Positions 29,760 through 29,811 of a stretch of DNA of 29,811 bases are shown piece by piece (position 1 is the first letter of the stretch; every line of letters begins with the position of its first letter). This DNA comes from Thainema sp. (lineage in GTDB: Bacteria; Cyanobacteriota; Cyanobacteriia; Phormidesmidales; Phormidesmidaceae): positions 1 to 29,811 of the forward strand of contig JBQLZK010000073.1 in the NCBI GenBank assembly GCA_052168235.1, in the 5' to 3' direction. The position numbers were made by a program, and so were the translations under genes. Below the pieces are notes generated by a model. The model was not told where the DNA came from. It ran no database searches and worked only from the letters and a program-made list of their open reading frames with translations.

Positions 29760-29811
29760 ATGACTACTACTCTCCAGCAGCGCAGTAGCGCCAACCTGTG
29801 GGAGCGGTTCT
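29760..29811 (+). CDS. psbA: photosystem II D1 protein (5' fragment, runs off the window)
   Basis: Manual translation MTTTLQQRSSANLWERF..., the canonical D1 N-terminus. Confidence 0.93.
   Translation, partial: MTTTLQQRSSANLWERF

Noticed and set aside
1..29811. CRISPR arrays, IS elements, prophage, tRNA/rRNA genes, defence systems
   Set aside because: No repeat-spacer arrays, transposase/integrase/phage ORFs or RNA-gene signatures were seen on manual reading.

Overview
Cyanobacterial chromosomal core region (about 23 HIP1 GCGATCGC octamers by manual count, plus ndhN, ldpA and psbA). The centre, 5424-23080, is the cyanobacterial ribosomal-protein supercluster: rplC-D-W-B-rpsS-rplV-rpsC-rplP-rpmC-rpsQ-rplN-X-E-rpsH-rplF-R-rpsE-rplO-secY-adk-infA-rpmJ-rpsM-K-rpoA-rplQ-truA-rplM-rpsI-rpmE-prfA. 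Left of it, on the minus strand, lie ndhN, a candidate 45-aa small ORF, ldpA and a ycf45-like AAA/R3H gene. Right of it lie a small secreted protein, a DrrA/Ycf38-type ABC-2 transporter, a DUF4079-like membrane protein, a cellulose-synthase-like GT2 and the first 17 codons of psbA. rpmJ and psbA are not in the supplied ORF track and were read directly from the DNA. No mobile elements, CRISPR arrays, rRNA or tRNA genes were seen, and the protein content is mostly well known. The most interesting signals are non-coding or small: a ~320-nt structured rplC leader with an anti-SD stem (candidate ribosomal autoregulatory RNA), the small ORF between ndhN and ldpA, structured rplX-rplE and rpmE-prfA spacers, and a triple 11-bp direct-repeat operator upstream of the DUF4079-like gene. 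All structures were inferred by eye, not by folding software.
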